This document shows, one piece after another, positions 1 through 15,810 of a DNA stretch of 64,000 nt. The translations under genes were made by a program, and so were the position numbers. Where the stretch lies: assembly GCF_009914755.1 (NCBI RefSeq), contig NC_060926.1; one strand, 5' to 3'. The notes under the pieces are model-generated. The model had not been told where the DNA came from and did not search any database. It saw only the letters and a list, made by a program, of their open reading frames with translations. This stretch comes from the human T2T-CHM13v2.0 reference genome, Homo sapiens. Each line of letters starts with the position of its first letter. Positions within the stretch are counted from its first letter, which is position 1.

Positions 1-89
1 CTTAACCTGCTTCATTTTTCTTCTTAGCATGGATCAATATGTAAGCATACGCTTGTTATTAGACAGATAATAAACATATGTAGACAGGT

Positions 90-192
90 TTGCCTATTAT
101 CTGTCCACCCACAGGAATGTGGGCTCCACTGAGAAAATGCTCACAGTCCTGGTGTATGGCAGGCACCCAATACATATTTATTGAGTGAATTT
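90..192 (+). mobile_element. L2 3' end fragment
   Basis: cacagtcctggtgtatggcaggcacccaatacatatttattgagtgaat resembles the L2 3' terminus. Confidence 0.6.
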
Positions 193-868
193 CTGACCAG
201 TAATGTTTCCTTCTTCAGTAATTGATAAATGTAATTAATGACATAAAATCTTAAATCTCTCAAAAATCTTGTTTCTACTTAAGGACTCCCAAATTTAAAT
301 CCAAGAACTAATACATGGAGAAAAAAATTTAGGATACATACACAGAAGACGTGTATATATGTGTGTATATACATACACACATATCAGTGTACGGAAGCCA
401 GCTATTCTTTCTTGGGAAATATTTTTTTCTCCTGTATCTGAAAGTATGTCCTTCTTTTTATAGTGTTAGAATATTCTTTCTTTAATTAAATGCTCTAGAT
501 AGTAGAAGAGAGTTTTAAAATTTTCCCTAGTATCCCTATATTTATTACTGTTTTAAAATGTCCCTATTACACAGTACTTATTTTTAATTTTTTTAAATTT
601 CACATATAAAATGTTGTCAACCTTATGGTGCTTTTCAAAATTAAAAATTACTAGTCTGTGAAATCCGAAAGTCTGAGCACTGTTTAAAATACAAATGAAG
701 ATAACATATCCAGTTTTATTGATATAAGTTTCTAATTCCAGCCAGAACCTGGGAAGTTGTGTCATTAGTCAAAAAACTTTGATGCCACTTTGTTCATTAT
801 ATCTTACCTGTTATATTTAAAAAAAGAGGCTTGTAATATTTTTTAAATAGAAGATGAAATATGGGCTT

Positions 869-1221
869 TGTATTAGTCTGTTCTCACACTGCTATAAAGA
901 ACTGCCCGAGATTGGGTAATTTATAAAGAGAAGAGGTTTTATTGACTCACGGTTCTGCATGGCTAGGGAGGCCTGAGGAAACTTACAATCATGGTGGAAG
1001 GTACCCCTTCACAGGGCAGCAGGAGAGAGAATGAGTACCAGCAGGGGAAATGCCAGACACTTATAAAACCATCAGATCTCCTGAGAACTCACTATCTGGA
1101 GAACAGCATGGGGGAAACTACCCCCATGATTCAGTTACCTCCACCTGGTCCTACCCTTGACGTGGGGATTATTACAATTCAAGATGAGATTTGGGTAGAG
1201 ACACAGAGCCAAACCATATCA
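869..1221 (-). mobile_element. THE1/MST (ERVL-MaLR) solo LTR
   Basis: tgtattagtc...aaaccatatca termini; perfect 5-bp TSD ggctt (864-868, 1222-1226). Confidence 0.92.
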
Positions 1222-1461
1222 GGCTTCAATTAGTAGTCCCTATGAAAATATTGCAAATGTGACTTAAACATGAAAACAAAATTGAGCAAAACCTTTCACA
1301 TAATGCTACACTTGGTTCAAGTTGAAGTCCTGGTTTAAATTGTTTTAAGACTTATTGAAGTGTTAACTGTCCTTTTAAAGAGGAAAAGAGACCTCCATTC
1401 CCTGTTTGTCAAGTACCGTACTTTTTAGTTTTATTTTGTTCTAATAACAGAAGAAGAAGTG

Positions 1462-1670
1462 GTAACATTTGCTGAATACTTATGTATCTGTTACCACATT
1501 AATATCTTTATTATCTCATTTAATTCTTAAAACAAGTCTATAAAATGGAAATGATGATCAAACTTCGTTGATAGAAGGAAATGTAAGTTTAGGGAGAGTG
1601 AAATAACTCATTTAAACAGATACCACTTGTTAGATGGTAGTGCTGGGATGAGCTCCCAGAGCTGACTCTA
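1462..1670 (-). mobile_element. MIR
   Basis: Degenerate MIR core (atctcatttaattctt...gaaggaaatgtaagtttagggagagtgaaataact). Confidence 0.6.
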
Positions 1671-2243
1671 CCCTCCATCTAAATCAGGTGTGTATTTCTT
1701 GAATTGGCACACACTTAGTCGTGACAAGTACTCAAAAGATAAAATAAAAATTGTATTGAATGAATACAATTTAGCTTTATATTTGTTTTTTTCTTTCAGT
1801 TGTATTCTTGTTTTGCTCATAAGGCCAAATTTTCATTTAATAATATGTGAATTTATACTCATGATGAAAATCAATCTTATATTTTTAATCTATAATATAG
1901 GTTGGAATGTAGCCTGGAATGACTGACAGCTGTTATTATACAAATAGCACATGCTGGCAAAATGGCAGCAATTTTTGTGATCTGTAATTAGGATATTACT
2001 GTTGTCTTTATATCTGCAAATAAGTAGTAATGTATTAGAAAGTAATTGGCATAATGAGTTGGGAAAAAATAGAAACACTCTCATTTATGATTCATTTAAA
2101 ACTTGCTTAAACATTATAGAGTAAAATATTCTGTTCATGTGATTTTATTTGTGCTGTGCTTAAAATATTAAAAATCAGATTTCCAAATAGGCATGATATA
2201 TGAAGCCTTAGGATTGATCATCTTTCACCCCATCAACATTTTC

Positions 2244-2540
2244 TTTTTTTTCTTTTTGAGATGGAGTCTCCCTCTGTCACCCAGGCTGGAGTGCAATGGC
2301 ACGATCTAGGCTCACTGCAACCTCTGTCTCCCAGGTTCAAGTGATTTCTCCTGCCTCAGCCTCCCAAGTAGCTGGTACCACAGGGGTGTGCCACCGCACC
2401 TGGCTAATTTTTGCATTTTTAGTAGAGATGGGGTTTCACCATGTTGGCCAGGCTGATCTTGAACTCCTGACCTCAAGTGATCCACCTGCCTTGGGCTCCT
2501 AAAGTGCTGGGATTACAGGCATGAGCCACCGCGCCCAGCC
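2244..2540 (-). mobile_element. AluS
   Basis: Full-length; TSD cccatcaacattttct at 2228-2243 and 2541-2556. Confidence 0.95.
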
Positions 2541-3609
2541 CCCATCAACATTTTCTTTTGGGAACACTGTGTAATGGATTTTAGTCAATTCTACAGGAAG
2601 TAAAACATCAATATTTGGAAGTGAAAAAAATTAACTGCATGCTTTTATTGAGTTAAAGCTTTCCTTTAACTCAGCTTTTTCATCCAGGAGGCACGTTATT
2701 AAAATCTTGAGTGCACTCATTGATTATTTTTCTTTTATCAGGAAGTCCATAATGTTATATAATAATATATTATATGAACATATAGTACAAATTATATCTA
2801 TTGAGTAATAAGTACCATCAACATCAAAGACTATGTTATTTTTCACCTTTAATTTTGTTCTTTTTTTCTCTTTAATATATTTACAAGTTCTGCAAACACT
2901 TTCTGTTGCTTTGTCATGTTATTATCAATTTGTTTGCAAGTGTCATGTTTGGTATTCCTAACTAGATATGAAAGCTATTTAGGTTAGGAATGAACTGTTT
3001 CCTTCTTTTATGAACCTTTATACCTTCTTACAATGCTATCCACATAGTAGGCTGTCACTTGACTGTATATTACTAGAAGTGTATATATTCAGAGTTGGTA
3101 TCACTAGTGGAAACTCTAGAAGCTATTTTAGGATGTTGTGTTTTCTGATAATGAATATTCAAATGAAGGTAGGAATAGAGAGAACCATATGCATTGACTT
3201 ATTTTTGGTACCTCCCCAAACTAGGTCAGAATAGAGACCTCAAAATTCAGTGGCTAAACTGCTTCACTCTTTTCTTTTTAGTCATATTTACAATGGCAGT
3301 TTTTGATCTTCACAGAACTTCATGTGCATCTGCCTACAGGGTGTTTCTCTTCTGTTGGCCTCATTAGCTCCTTTGAGAATGTGGTCACTGCTATAAAAGG
3401 GCCGATTGTTAGATTCTATGGTATAGAGGGCATTGCCAGTCACAAACCAATTTACCTAGCTTCATGGACCTCCGCAGATCTTCTCAGATCCTTAAACTTC
3501 TTTGTTGCTAGTGATAATTAACTGAGAGATGATATTAATATTTTAGATATATATCCTTTGACAGTCAGCTTCCTTTCACGACTATAGTTAATAGATTTAA
3601 TCCCTTAAG

Positions 3610-3975
3610 TAAGTGTCACTGGAAGCCCAAGTAATACTAGCTGAAACAAAAGAGAGGGTGGTTTTTCTCTTACGTAAGAGAAGTACAGAGATACACAGTT
3701 CATGGCTCGCATGGCAGTTCCCTGCTTACAAGGATCCCAAACTCCATCCTCCAGGGCACCTCATGGTTGCCATGTGGCCCCCGCAGCCCCAGCTATCACA
3801 TCCGCAGCCACGTTGCAAGAATGAAGACTGGCCAAAGGCAAAAAAAAAAAAAAAAAAAACACTGTACTAACTGGGTCAATTGTCTTTAAAGCTTTTTCTT
3901 AGGAGCTGTTATTCAGTGACATGTGCTTCATTTAGTTGCAAGAGAGGATGGTTAAATAATTTTTTAGAGGGGTAC
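3610..3975. mobile_element. Old ERVL/MaLR-type LTR (LTR33-like)
   Basis: Degenerate motifs such as cacctcatggttgccatgtggcc...cagctatcacatcc; subfamily uncertain. Confidence 0.45.
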
Positions 3976-3995
3976 ATTGTCATCGTTTTGTTGTG

Positions 3996-4322
<327 letters not shown>

Positions 4323-4414
4323 TAATTAAAATTGGATTTTATTACTAAAGAGAAAGGGCTGAATGTGTATTAAATGGGCATCTAGAACTTCTGCCATACC
4401 TTGATATTTAACAT

Positions 4415-4569
4415 ATTTTATTTTTTCAGACAGGGCCTCACTCTGTCAGCCAGGCTCAAGGGCAGTAGCACAATCTTGGCTCACTGAAACCTCCGCTCAC
4501 TGCAATCTCCACCTCCCAGGCTCAAGCCATCCTCCCACCTCAGCTTCCCGAGTAACTGGGACTACAGAC
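4415..4569 (-). mobile_element. AluJ right-arm fragment
   Basis: gacagggcctcactctgtc...ctgggactacag. Confidence 0.85.
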
Positions 4570-4800
4570 TTAACCTATTTTAAGATTTGTCCTTTAAAAA
4601 AAAGATTTGTCCTTTTTCCCAAATGAGCCATGGATGTGTGCTTTATATGGCTTTGTTTCTGTGGTAAACATACACAGACCTCCAGCCAAGATTTAATTTT
4701 CTTCTTCTGATGTGATTATTTCAATTTTTTTTAAGATTTGGTGAATTACATTAAATAAATATTTATTAAGCTCCTCTCATCATCAGGATACTGTGCTAGA

Positions 4801-5007
4801 TAGGGATTCTCAGCTTTGGTGCTATTGGCATTTGGGGCTGGATAATTCTTTGTTGTGAGGGGCTGTCCTGTGCATTAGGATGTTTAGCAGCTTCTCTGGC
4901 CTTCACCCTCTAGTTGCAACTAGCAACCCCCAGTCGTGGTCACCAAATTTGTCTCCATATATTGGTCACATCCCCAGTGGGGATGAAATCGCCCCCAGAG
5001 GACCATG
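4801..5007 (-). mobile_element. MER20 (hAT-Charlie)
   Basis: Matches the MER20 consensus; perfect 8-bp TSD gtgctaga (4793-4800, 5008-5015); inserted in an L2 3' end. Confidence 0.9.
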
Positions 5008-5119
5008 GTGCTAGAAGATAGCCCCACATTTATGTGAATTGCCTGTTTGATTTCCTGTGAAAGTGTATCATGGTAGATTAAGTGTTGCTTGAACTGTTGC
5101 TTGCTGTTGGTATTACGAG

Positions 5120-5310
5120 CGAAGTAGTACTGGTGGAATTTTCATGTGTGCTGGACACCATGATGAGAACTGTCCACGTGTCACCTCATTTAATCCTCAT
5201 AGCACAACACTGAGTTAAAACAGCACTGTGTTAGGAGAAGGTACTAACAAGATTAGGTAGTATTATAACCCCCCTTTACAGAGGAGCAAAATGAGGCTTA
5301 GAGATTATTT
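5120..5310 (-). mobile_element. MIR
   Basis: ctcatttaatcctcatagca...tttacagaggagcaaaatgaggcttagaga. Confidence 0.7.
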
Positions 5311-5620
5311 TAGCTGAGATCTCCCTGAGAGCAAGCCTGAGACAGTGAGTGGTTCGTTGGGAGGTGATTTCAGGAAGCAGAATGATGGAGAGGGGAGAAT
5401 GAAACAGGGAAGGAAGAAAAGCTAATACAGGAGTTGATGTTGGGTTGAGAGCTACCTCAGGGGTCACCCAGGGCACTGTATATCTGAGGACTCTGAGGAA
5501 CAGTGAACAATGCATCTCAGAATTAGTTCTCTCTCCCACTCCCTACAGGGGTTGCGGGGGAGGAAGCTGGAACTTCTCCACATACTCCCATCTTCCCCAG
5601 GGGCATGAACCCCCTTTCCC
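5311..5620. mobile_element. Old ERVL LTR (LTR16-like)
   Basis: ctccctgagagcaagcctgagacag...gggaggtgatttcaggaagcag...cagggaaggaagaaaagctaat pattern. Confidence 0.45.
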
Positions 5621-6104
5621 TTTACCTATAAGAGTAGTGAGCAGTATACACAAAGATCCAGCTTTTGAGGAGCTTCTAGTCTTGAGGAGAAAGCAATACA
5701 TTAGTAAGCAACATAGTATCCAAAACCAATGCATGCTCTGAGAAGACAGAACGAAGGTTGTGTGACAGGAGTGCTTGGGGAACTCCTTAGATGGGGTGGC
5801 CAGGATGAGGGATGAGCTGAGACCCCAATGGCAAGGAGAAGCCAGTCATACAAAGATCTAGGGTAAAGGCATTCTAGGCAGAGGAACTGCATGGTGCAAA
5901 GGCCCCGAGGCAGGAACACATTTTCTTTGAGGAATAAGTAGAAGGCTAGTGGGGTGGAAGGCTGAGAGGAAGGGGATGTGTGGTGGAGGATTTGGTCAAA
6001 AGACTGGGGAGGGACAGTCAGGTCTTGGGTAAGAAACATATTTTATTGTGCGTACTTCTTCCTACACTGGAGGGTTTTAAGCAGGGTTCAAGTGATCTGC
6101 TTAG

Positions 6105-6508
<404 letters not shown>

Positions 6509-6617
6509 AACTTATGATTTTAAAAAGAACACTCTGGCTGCTGTGGAGAAAGGAGTGTGGCAGGGGAAGAGAGGAAGCCAGGAACCAGTTAGGAAGGAGG
6601 CTATCATATGGTTCCCA

Positions 6618-7694
6618 CAGGGCCAGCTACATAGTTTGTGGGGCCTCCAGCAAAATGAAAATGTGGGGGCTCTTGTTCAAAAAGCAGGGGGAAGAGAGTA
6701 CTATTAAAGGTACTAAACTATAAAACTTTTTGTTTCACAGTCCATCAACTTGTCATGGTGTGTTTTTGTTTGTTTTGTTGTTTAATGTCATTCTAAGTAA
6801 AGAAAAATTAAAGCTTAAAAATATTAGTATGAATTTTACCATTCATCTGTATATTGTGCAATGCTGGTTTTAAATGCAAATATAAGACATTTTTAGGGAT
6901 AAAAGACTTATAAAAAATGAACAAAAACCAATAAATCAAAGAAAACATTTAGCTCATATCCGGAATCACTGATATTACCGAACTTACATTTCATAGTTCA
7001 TACATGCATATGTACTTTGTTCTTACCAGAACTGTGGAAATGTGGCACAAAACAAGCTCAACTGTTTTATTTCACTTCTCGTTCCGTGCCCATTCTACCA
7101 ACACTCTCTCCCCTCAGCTTCCTGGTAGATAAAAGATGGGCAAGGAAAAGGAGCTCTGGGTTGCCCTATGATTCCCTTTCCTTCTCTCGTCATTTTCAGC
7201 ATGGGTGCTAGGTTAACACAGGGAAGTAACACAAATAAGAGAGGATATTATAGGGTTTCTTGGTCATTTAGGTTTCTCAGAACACCATTGCCTTTTTTCT
7301 GTGCTCACAGTCAATTCTGGTTCAAAAGGCAAGCATGGCCCATCAGCCCTGTGAACGGTCCTTGCTCGCTGAGTTGTAGATGTAACACTCTTACTTCATA
7401 CTTGCTTCTAGGCTCACTAAGCTCCCATGCATTGTGGTAAGCTAAAATTCTGTGCTCATGGGACATCGTGAACACCATACCCACATGGGGTCTTGAGGAA
7501 CCACAGACACACATGGCACCTGTCTCCTCTGCTCGTGCACACGTGTCATTGTCCCATCAGATTTCACTTGCCCAAGATCAAAGATTATTAAGATTTTCAG
7601 GATGGTGACAGCAGAGCATCAGACTAAGTCTGGGACCTAAGTGAGGGGCCCTGAACCACTGCACAGGCTACACACCCATGAGGCCTAGATCCTG
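6618..7694 (-). mobile_element. MER45B-like (hAT-Tip100) DNA transposon
   Basis: Termini cagggccagctacatagtttgtggggcc... and ...tgcacaggctacacacccatgaggcctagatcctg match MER45 ends; ~1.08 kb. Confidence 0.8.
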
Positions 7695-8319
7695 GTGAGA
7701 GAAGACAGGATAGAGACTTGGCTGGTACAAGTGGAGAAAAACAAAGTGTTGAGTAAGTTTTGGGGTTAGATGGTATTACCAAGACTTGTTGTGGATTGGA
7801 TCTGCTTTTGGATAGGGACAGAAGAGAAATCGAGGATGACTTACTTCTAGGCTTATTACTTAGGAAGATGGAAAAGACTATAGGAGAAATAATTTTTGAA
7901 GTGAGGGAAATACAGAGTTGTGAAGTTTGGATTTACCTTGGTTTAAGAACTATGGAGCTGCAGAGCCAGGATTTCAACCCAGGCAGCCTGACTTCAGAGT
8001 CAGTGCCTTTAACCACTGCACTGCACTGTTCTGTCATGCGGGACCCACGCTGATGGGTGCCTGGTGATCGTTGCAATGGTTCTGTATCTTACTATTCTCT
8101 GCCCTCTCTGGACGATCCACCAACTGTGTGCAGTGAGCATCCATGCAGAGGCATGCTTGAATTTAAACACAGTTTTGTATTGAAACCTAGTTAACAAATA
8201 TTCCTTTAACTCACAAGCTTCTCTTTTGCATCTCAATTATATTTGTTTTTATAGAAAGGATATCTTTATACAGCTTTGCTCATTCACATGAAAAGGAAAG
8301 TGTGTTTTCAGTTGGAAGA

Positions 8320-8580
8320 TGTGGAGTCAAAAAATCTGAAGCTGAGTTTGGTATCTCTCAATTGCTAGCTGTGTGTCCTTGGGCTAATTAATTGCTTTGA
8401 TCTTTGGTTTCTTCATCTATAAAGTACAGATGGTTTTGTGTGGGTGTATGTGTTTATATGTGTGTGTACATATATACATGTGCATATATCTATATATATG
8501 CACATACTTGCCCTCATCATATACAAGGCTACTGTGAAGATTAAATGAGATTATAGAGGAAATCCAACTCAACAAGGCTT
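8320..8580 (+). mobile_element. MIR with internal TA/TG low-complexity repeat
   Basis: tgctagctgtgtgtccttgggc...tttcttcatctataaa...gtgaagattaaatgaga. Confidence 0.7.
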
Positions 8581-9250
8581 GAGTTGGATACCCATTGGCA
8601 GTCACTCCCTATTTCCCTCTACCCTCAAACCCTGGCAACCACTAATCTACTGTCTGTCTCCATGGATTTGCCTATTATGGACATTTCATATAAATGGTAT
8701 CATGCAATATATGCCCTTTGGTGTCTGGCTTCTTTCACTGAGGATAATGTTTTCAAGGTTTATTCATGTAGTAGCATGTATCAGTGATACATTATATTTT
8801 ATGGCCGAATAACATGAATATGCCACATTTTGTTGATCCATTCATCAGTTGATGGATATTTGGGCTCTTTCCACTTTTTGGCTATTACAAATAATGCTGC
8901 TATGAACATTCATGAACATACTTTTGTGTGTACATATGTTATTTGTTCTCTTGAGTGTATTCCTAGGAGTAGAATTGCTGGGTTATTTGGCAACTCTATG
9001 TTAACTTTTTGAGGAACTGCCAGGCTGTTTTCCATAAGTGTCTGTTTCATTTTGCATTCCCACTGGCAGTGTGTATGAGTGTTCTAATTTCTCTACATCC
9101 TCACCAACACTTGTTATTTTGTCTTTTTTATTATAACTATTCTAGAGTGGTAAGTGGTATCTCATTATGGTTTTGATTTGTATTTCCCTGGTGGCTGATC
9201 ATGTTAAAATCCTTTCATGTGCTTATCAGCCATTTGTATACACTCTTTAG

Positions 9251-9598
<348 letters not shown>

Positions 9599-9772
9599 TG
9601 GTTCTCTTTGTTTTAATTGTCGAATAGTAAGAGTTCTTTATATATTTTGAATACTAGAACCTTATCAGATATAGAATTTGCAAATATTTTCTCCCATTCT
9701 GTAGGCTGTTTTTTCACTTTCTTGGTCTTGTCTTTCGAAGCACAAAAGTTTTAAAATTGGATGATAGCCAGC

Positions 9773-9779
9773 TTCTTTT

Positions 9780-9815
<36 letters not shown>

Positions 9816-9843
9816 TTTCTTTCTTTCTTTCTTTGTTTCTTTT

Positions 9844-9886
<43 letters not shown>

Positions 9887-10210
9887 CTCTCTCTCTCTCT
9901 CTTTTTTCTTTTCTTTTCTTTCTTCTTTTTTTGAGACAGTCTTACTCTGTCACCCAGGCTGGAGTACAGTGGCACAGTCTCAGTCACCGCAACCTCCACC
10001 TTCCAGGTTCAAGCAATTCTCCTGCCTCATCCTCCCAAGTAGCTTGGATTACAGGTGTGCGCCCCCACGCCTGGCTAATTTTGTATTTTTAGTAGAGACA
10101 GGGTTTCTCCATGTTGGTCAAGCTGGTCTTAAACTCCTGACCTGAGGTGATCCGCTTGCCTCGACCTCCCAAAGTGCTGGGATTACAGGCATGAGCCACT
10201 GTGCCTGGCC
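9773..10210 (-). mobile_element. AluS with ~160-nt (TTTC)n/(TC)n tail
   Basis: Alu body 9933-10210; pyrimidine tract 9773-9932. Confidence 0.93.
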
Positions 10211-10345
10211 CACTTATTTTTCTTCTAAGTTTCTGCTTAAAGCCCTGACGTTTAGGTATTCGATTCATCTTGAGTTAACTTTTGCATACAGTGTAAGGTA
10301 GAGGTCCAATTTCATTGTTTTGCGATTGGCTATCCAGTTGTTCCA

Positions 10346-11052
<707 letters not shown>

Positions 11053-12090
11053 TCAGACAGTCTTGATTACTGTAGTTTTATAGTAAGTTTTCAAATTGAA
11101 AAGAGTGAGTCCTCCAACTTTAGACTTCTTTTTAGATTGTTACGGCTATTCGTGTTGCCTTGCAAATCCATATGAATTTTAGGATCAGCTTGTTTATTTC
11201 TGCAAAAAAGGCTGTTGGAATTTTGATAGGTATTTTATTGACACTATAGATCAACTTTGGGAGTATTGCTATCTTAACAGTATTAAGTCTTCCACTTCAT
11301 AAGCTTGGGATTGTCTTTTTATTTATTTAGATCTTTTTAAATTTCTTCCAACAATGTTTTGTAGTTTCAGTTTATAGTCTTGCACTTCTTTTGTTAAATT
11401 TATTCCTAAATATTCTTCTTGAAGATACTGTAAATGGAATTATTTGCTTAATTTTATTTTAAGATTGTTTATTGATAATGTATAGGAAAACAATTTATTT
11501 TTGTATTTGATCCTGCACCCTGCATACTTGTTGAACCTGTTTACTACTTCTAACAGGTTTTTGGTGGAGTCCTCAGAATCATCTATATATAAGATCATGT
11601 CATATGCAAATAGAGATAGTTTTACTTCTTCCTTTCTAATATGAATGACTTTTATTTCTTTTTCTTGCCTAATTGCTCTGGCTAGAGTTCCAGTAATTGA
11701 TGAATAGAAGTGGCAAGAGTAGACATTCTTGTCTTGTTATTGATTGTAGGGGAAAAATAATTTGTTCTTTTATAATCATGTTAGCTGTGGGTTTCTTGTA
11801 GATGCCCTTTCTCAAGTGGAGAAAGCTTCTATTACTAAATTGTTGAGTGGTTTTTCTCATGAAAGGGTGCTAGATTTTGTTAAGTGCTTTTTCTGCATCT
11901 GTTAAATTGGCCAGTTGGTTTGTTTTTCCTTTTTCTACTAATATGGTATATTACCTTGATTGCTTATCATATGTCAAAACTGGAATACTCTTCTAATACC
12001 CCCTTTTTTTTTTCAAAAAGGATAAGTGGTGATTTACTTTCTGAATGCTTATAAATATAAAATTTCTTCCAATCACCTTATAGATTATAT

Positions 12091-12631
12091 TAAGCTTGTC
12101 CAACCCACGGCCCAGGATAGTTTTGAATGCAGTCCAGCACAAATTCACAAATTCATAAACTGTCTTAAAACATTATGAGGTTTTTGTTGTTGTTGTTGTT
12201 ATTGTTGTTTTTAAGACGGAGTCTCGCTCTGTCACCCAGGCTGGAGTGCAGTGGCACGATCTCGGCTCACTGCGACCTCTGCCTCCCACGTTGAAGTGAT
12301 TCACCTGTCTCAGCCTCCTGAGTAGCTGGGACTACAGGCATGTGCCACCATGCCCAGCTAAATTTTTTTTGTATTTTTAGTAGAGACGGAATTTCACCAT
12401 ATTGGCCAGGCTGGTCTCGAACTCCTGACCTCATGTTCCGCCCACCTCGGCCAAAGTGCTGGGATTACTGGCATGAGCCACTGCGCCCGGCCATGGGATT
12501 TTTTTTTTTTTTTATGATTTTTTTTTTCAGCTCATCAGCTGTCAGTAATATTAGTGTATTTTATGTGTGGCCCAACGCAATTTTTCTTCTTCCAGTGTGG
12601 CCCAGGGAAGCCAAAAGATTGGACACCCCTG
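12091..12631 (-). mobile_element. MER30 (hAT-Charlie) containing AluS 12181-12492
   Basis: Termini aagcttgtccaaccc / ttggacacccctg; perfect 8-bp TSD gattatat (12083-12090, 12632-12639). Confidence 0.9.
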
Positions 12632-15176
12632 GATTATATCTTGCCTGGACACAAGATTCTTGGAATGCAGTCCTTTTTTCTTAAAAGTTTATATACTTAT
12701 TCTAGGTTCCAGTGTGGCATATGAAAGGTCCGATGCCAGTTGTCATTATTTTGCTTTTATAAGTAAATATCCTGTTCTTGCTGTCTTGAAGCCTAAAAGA
12801 CTTGTTCTTTCTAGTTGGAGTTTAAAACTTCACCATAAAAATGTGAAGAATGTGTCTTTTATTTCCCTTATAACTGCCTGGCATTCGGTGAGCTCTTTTG
12901 ATCTAAAAAACTCAATTCTTTCTTCACTTCAGGGTTTTCCTATTTGATTATTGCTTCTGCTCTTTTCTCTCTTGCTGGAAATGCTATTTGCTTATTAGGC
13001 CTCCTGAATCTGTCCTGTATGCCTGTTATATTTTCACCACTGATTGACATTTCATTATTTCTGCTTTGTGATGTGATAGTTCCTTTGCTTCATATTCCAG
13101 TTTACTAGTTTGGTTTTTAATACCAGCCATTCATTTTACATCCTTTTGGAACTTAAGCCCCAGAGTTCATGTTTCTCATAGGCACCTTCTCCTTGAGTTT
13201 TCGTAGTTATTCTCCTTGTGTATCCCCTTAAACATTCTTATTACATTTTTATTGTTTCTTCCATTAATTTGCTTTTGTAAAAGTTACCTATCTCTCCATT
13301 CTGGTTTCCCTCCTTTGAATTGCTAAGTCCCTTAAATGTCTACAAAGTTTCTTTGCTTTGTTAGGTCAGGGAGTATGTATTCTCAAGCACCTGCATAGGC
13401 ATGGTGGGTAAAGTCTGTGAGGCCATGGTGGATATTGCCAGTAACCCATGGGAGCTGGTCTAAAAAATTCTGAGACAGCATCTGGGCCTAGAGAGGGAAC
13501 CACCAGAAAAAGCAGTCAGCATCTGAGATGATGCCCGGAGAGAAGCAGATAGACCATCTGCAAGGAAGAGAAGGCTTGGTTTCTTAGAGGGTGACCTACT
13601 GTTTTCTGTTCTTGTCCTTGGTTTCTCACAAAACCTTTGCATATCCTCTTATGACATCAGTATACATTCTCCTCTCCCCGCCTACTCCTATTATACATCT
13701 ACCCTTCACCTCTTTGAGATGGCTTGAGTTGATCTGTCTTCCCAGATGAGGCAGCAGTCACATCCTGTTGCTGTGAGGTATTTTCAGCTCTTCCACAAAG
13801 GGCCTAGATGGTAAAGACCCATCTCTTCAAAATTCTTTCTATAGTGACTTAGATTTACCTTCCCAAGTATCTCCTTTTTACCAATGTCTTCCAAATATTT
13901 TCATTCCTTTATAAATCCCTTTTCTGAAATACTCCTCCCCTCTACCCCTCTGAAGTTCAACTTTCTTCTCAGAGCCTTTAGTCTACACAGATTTACCAGA
14001 GTGTTTGCATAATTGGGTCAGGATATTCATCTGCAGCTAATTTTGCACTTTTAATGTGATACAAGCTTTGGTTTAGGGTTAATTTGTATCAATAATTATG
14101 AATAATGTACTTATCAAACATAAATTCCTTTTTTGAGTGTATATATTTCCTGGATATTTATGGCCATGTTCTCTTTAATAATTCCTATATTTATCATTCT
14201 AATTTACTTCTATTGCCTAGTCCAAGGATCATTCTGCCTAGTACTGATTCTGCCTAGTACTGATGCATTCTTTTGAGAAGGAATAAAGTTACTGCATTAT
14301 TTTAATGTAAGCTTGCTTTTTGATGGGGCATGCACACTGCCTCCTCACCCTCTTATACCTGAAACTTTCCATATTTTTGTTAATTCCCCTGTCCTTGAAG
14401 ACATTTGGATTTTAAGTTTGGGGCCTTGGGCTCAGTATATCGTTGTAATTTATTTGTTTGCAAATAATTTTCTTAAATATTCATAATGAATGACATTGTG
14501 CATTAGAGGCAGATACCATGAATTGTAATTTAGATCTGTTATTTACCACCATTGCTGGTCGTGCTTGGAAAACTACTTTGAATTATTCTCCTATCCACTT
14601 AAAATTTATTTTCAAGTCCTGTGATTCTAAAATGCTTTTATTCAGATTATGTTATCATATGTTCTTGTTTAATTAGGTTGCCTGTCACTTTGCTAAAGGT
14701 CTAATTAGAAACGATATCTCTATTGTGTTTGATTCAGAATGAATGTACTAAAAGGCACTTTGAAAATAAGATAATGTCCTCGATGATGATATCCTTTATT
14801 TATGCCAGGTGCCTATTAGTATTTTGTAAACTCTCCATTTCACTTTAGCTCAATCTAATCCTCTTTGTGATTTTTTTCCATAATTGTAGAGTAAATAAAA
14901 TTCACCTACTGGCTCCAAAATGTAATTTAGAAATGCAAACTAAATGTTCCCCTGTAGGGGGTGCAATCTGTTTTAAACTCTCAATATGTGTAATGAAAGC
15001 TATAAACCATAGAGGGAACTTTCGTGGGCTCCATCCATATTGTTCGGGGCAGGCTTTTTGAGTGATTTGAAAACTTTGTAAATTTGATGGTAGCCAATGT
15101 TTTTCTCAAGTTATAAAATTTACATAATATTAGGATGAATGCAGTACATTTATTTTTTTGTTATGATTTGGGGCAT

Positions 15177-15368
15177 TGTATTAGAGTTCTCTAGAGAAGC
15201 AGAACCAATTGTGTGTGTGTGTATATGTGTGCATGTACATGTATATATATGTATATATGTAGAGGGAAAGTATGTGTCTGTATATATGTTTATATAGATA
15301 TCTATATATAGATATATAGGTATATATATGCCTATATCTCAAGTTATTATATGTACATATATACAACA

Positions 15369-15426
<58 letters not shown>

Positions 15427-15810
15427 AAGAGAATGTGAGGAAATGGCTCATGCAATTATGATGGTGGGCAAGTTGGAATTTGTAGGGAAGGCTGGCAGGC
15501 TAGAAATTCAAGTAAGAGTTGATATTGTAGTCTTGATTCTGAAGCCTGGAAATGGTTAGAACTTCTATGTTGTAGTCTGGAGGCAGAATTTCCTCTCTCA
15601 GAAGCCTCAGTTTTTGTTCTTTAAGTTCTTCAATTGGTTGGGTGACACCCACCCACATTATGGAGGGTAATTTGCTTTACTTAAATTCAACTGATTGTAA
15701 ATGTTAATCATATCTACAAAATACTTTTACAGCAACTTCTAGACTAAAATTTGACCAAACAATTAAGCACCATAGTCTAGCCAAGTTGACACATAAAATG
15801 TAACATCACA
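15177..15810 (-). mobile_element. MLT2 (ERVL) solo LTR
   Basis: tgtattagagttctctagaga...ccaagttgacacataaaatgtaacatcaca; TSD ggcat/ggcct. Confidence 0.88.
15375..15422. repeat. (TG)24 within a ~210-bp TA/TG-rich tract
   Basis: Perfect dinucleotide array inside MLT2. Confidence 0.95.

Noticed and set aside
13440-13760. Possible ancient LTR fragments here and at ~26780-27200 and ~37080-37400
   Set aside because: Too degenerate to assign family or boundaries by eye.
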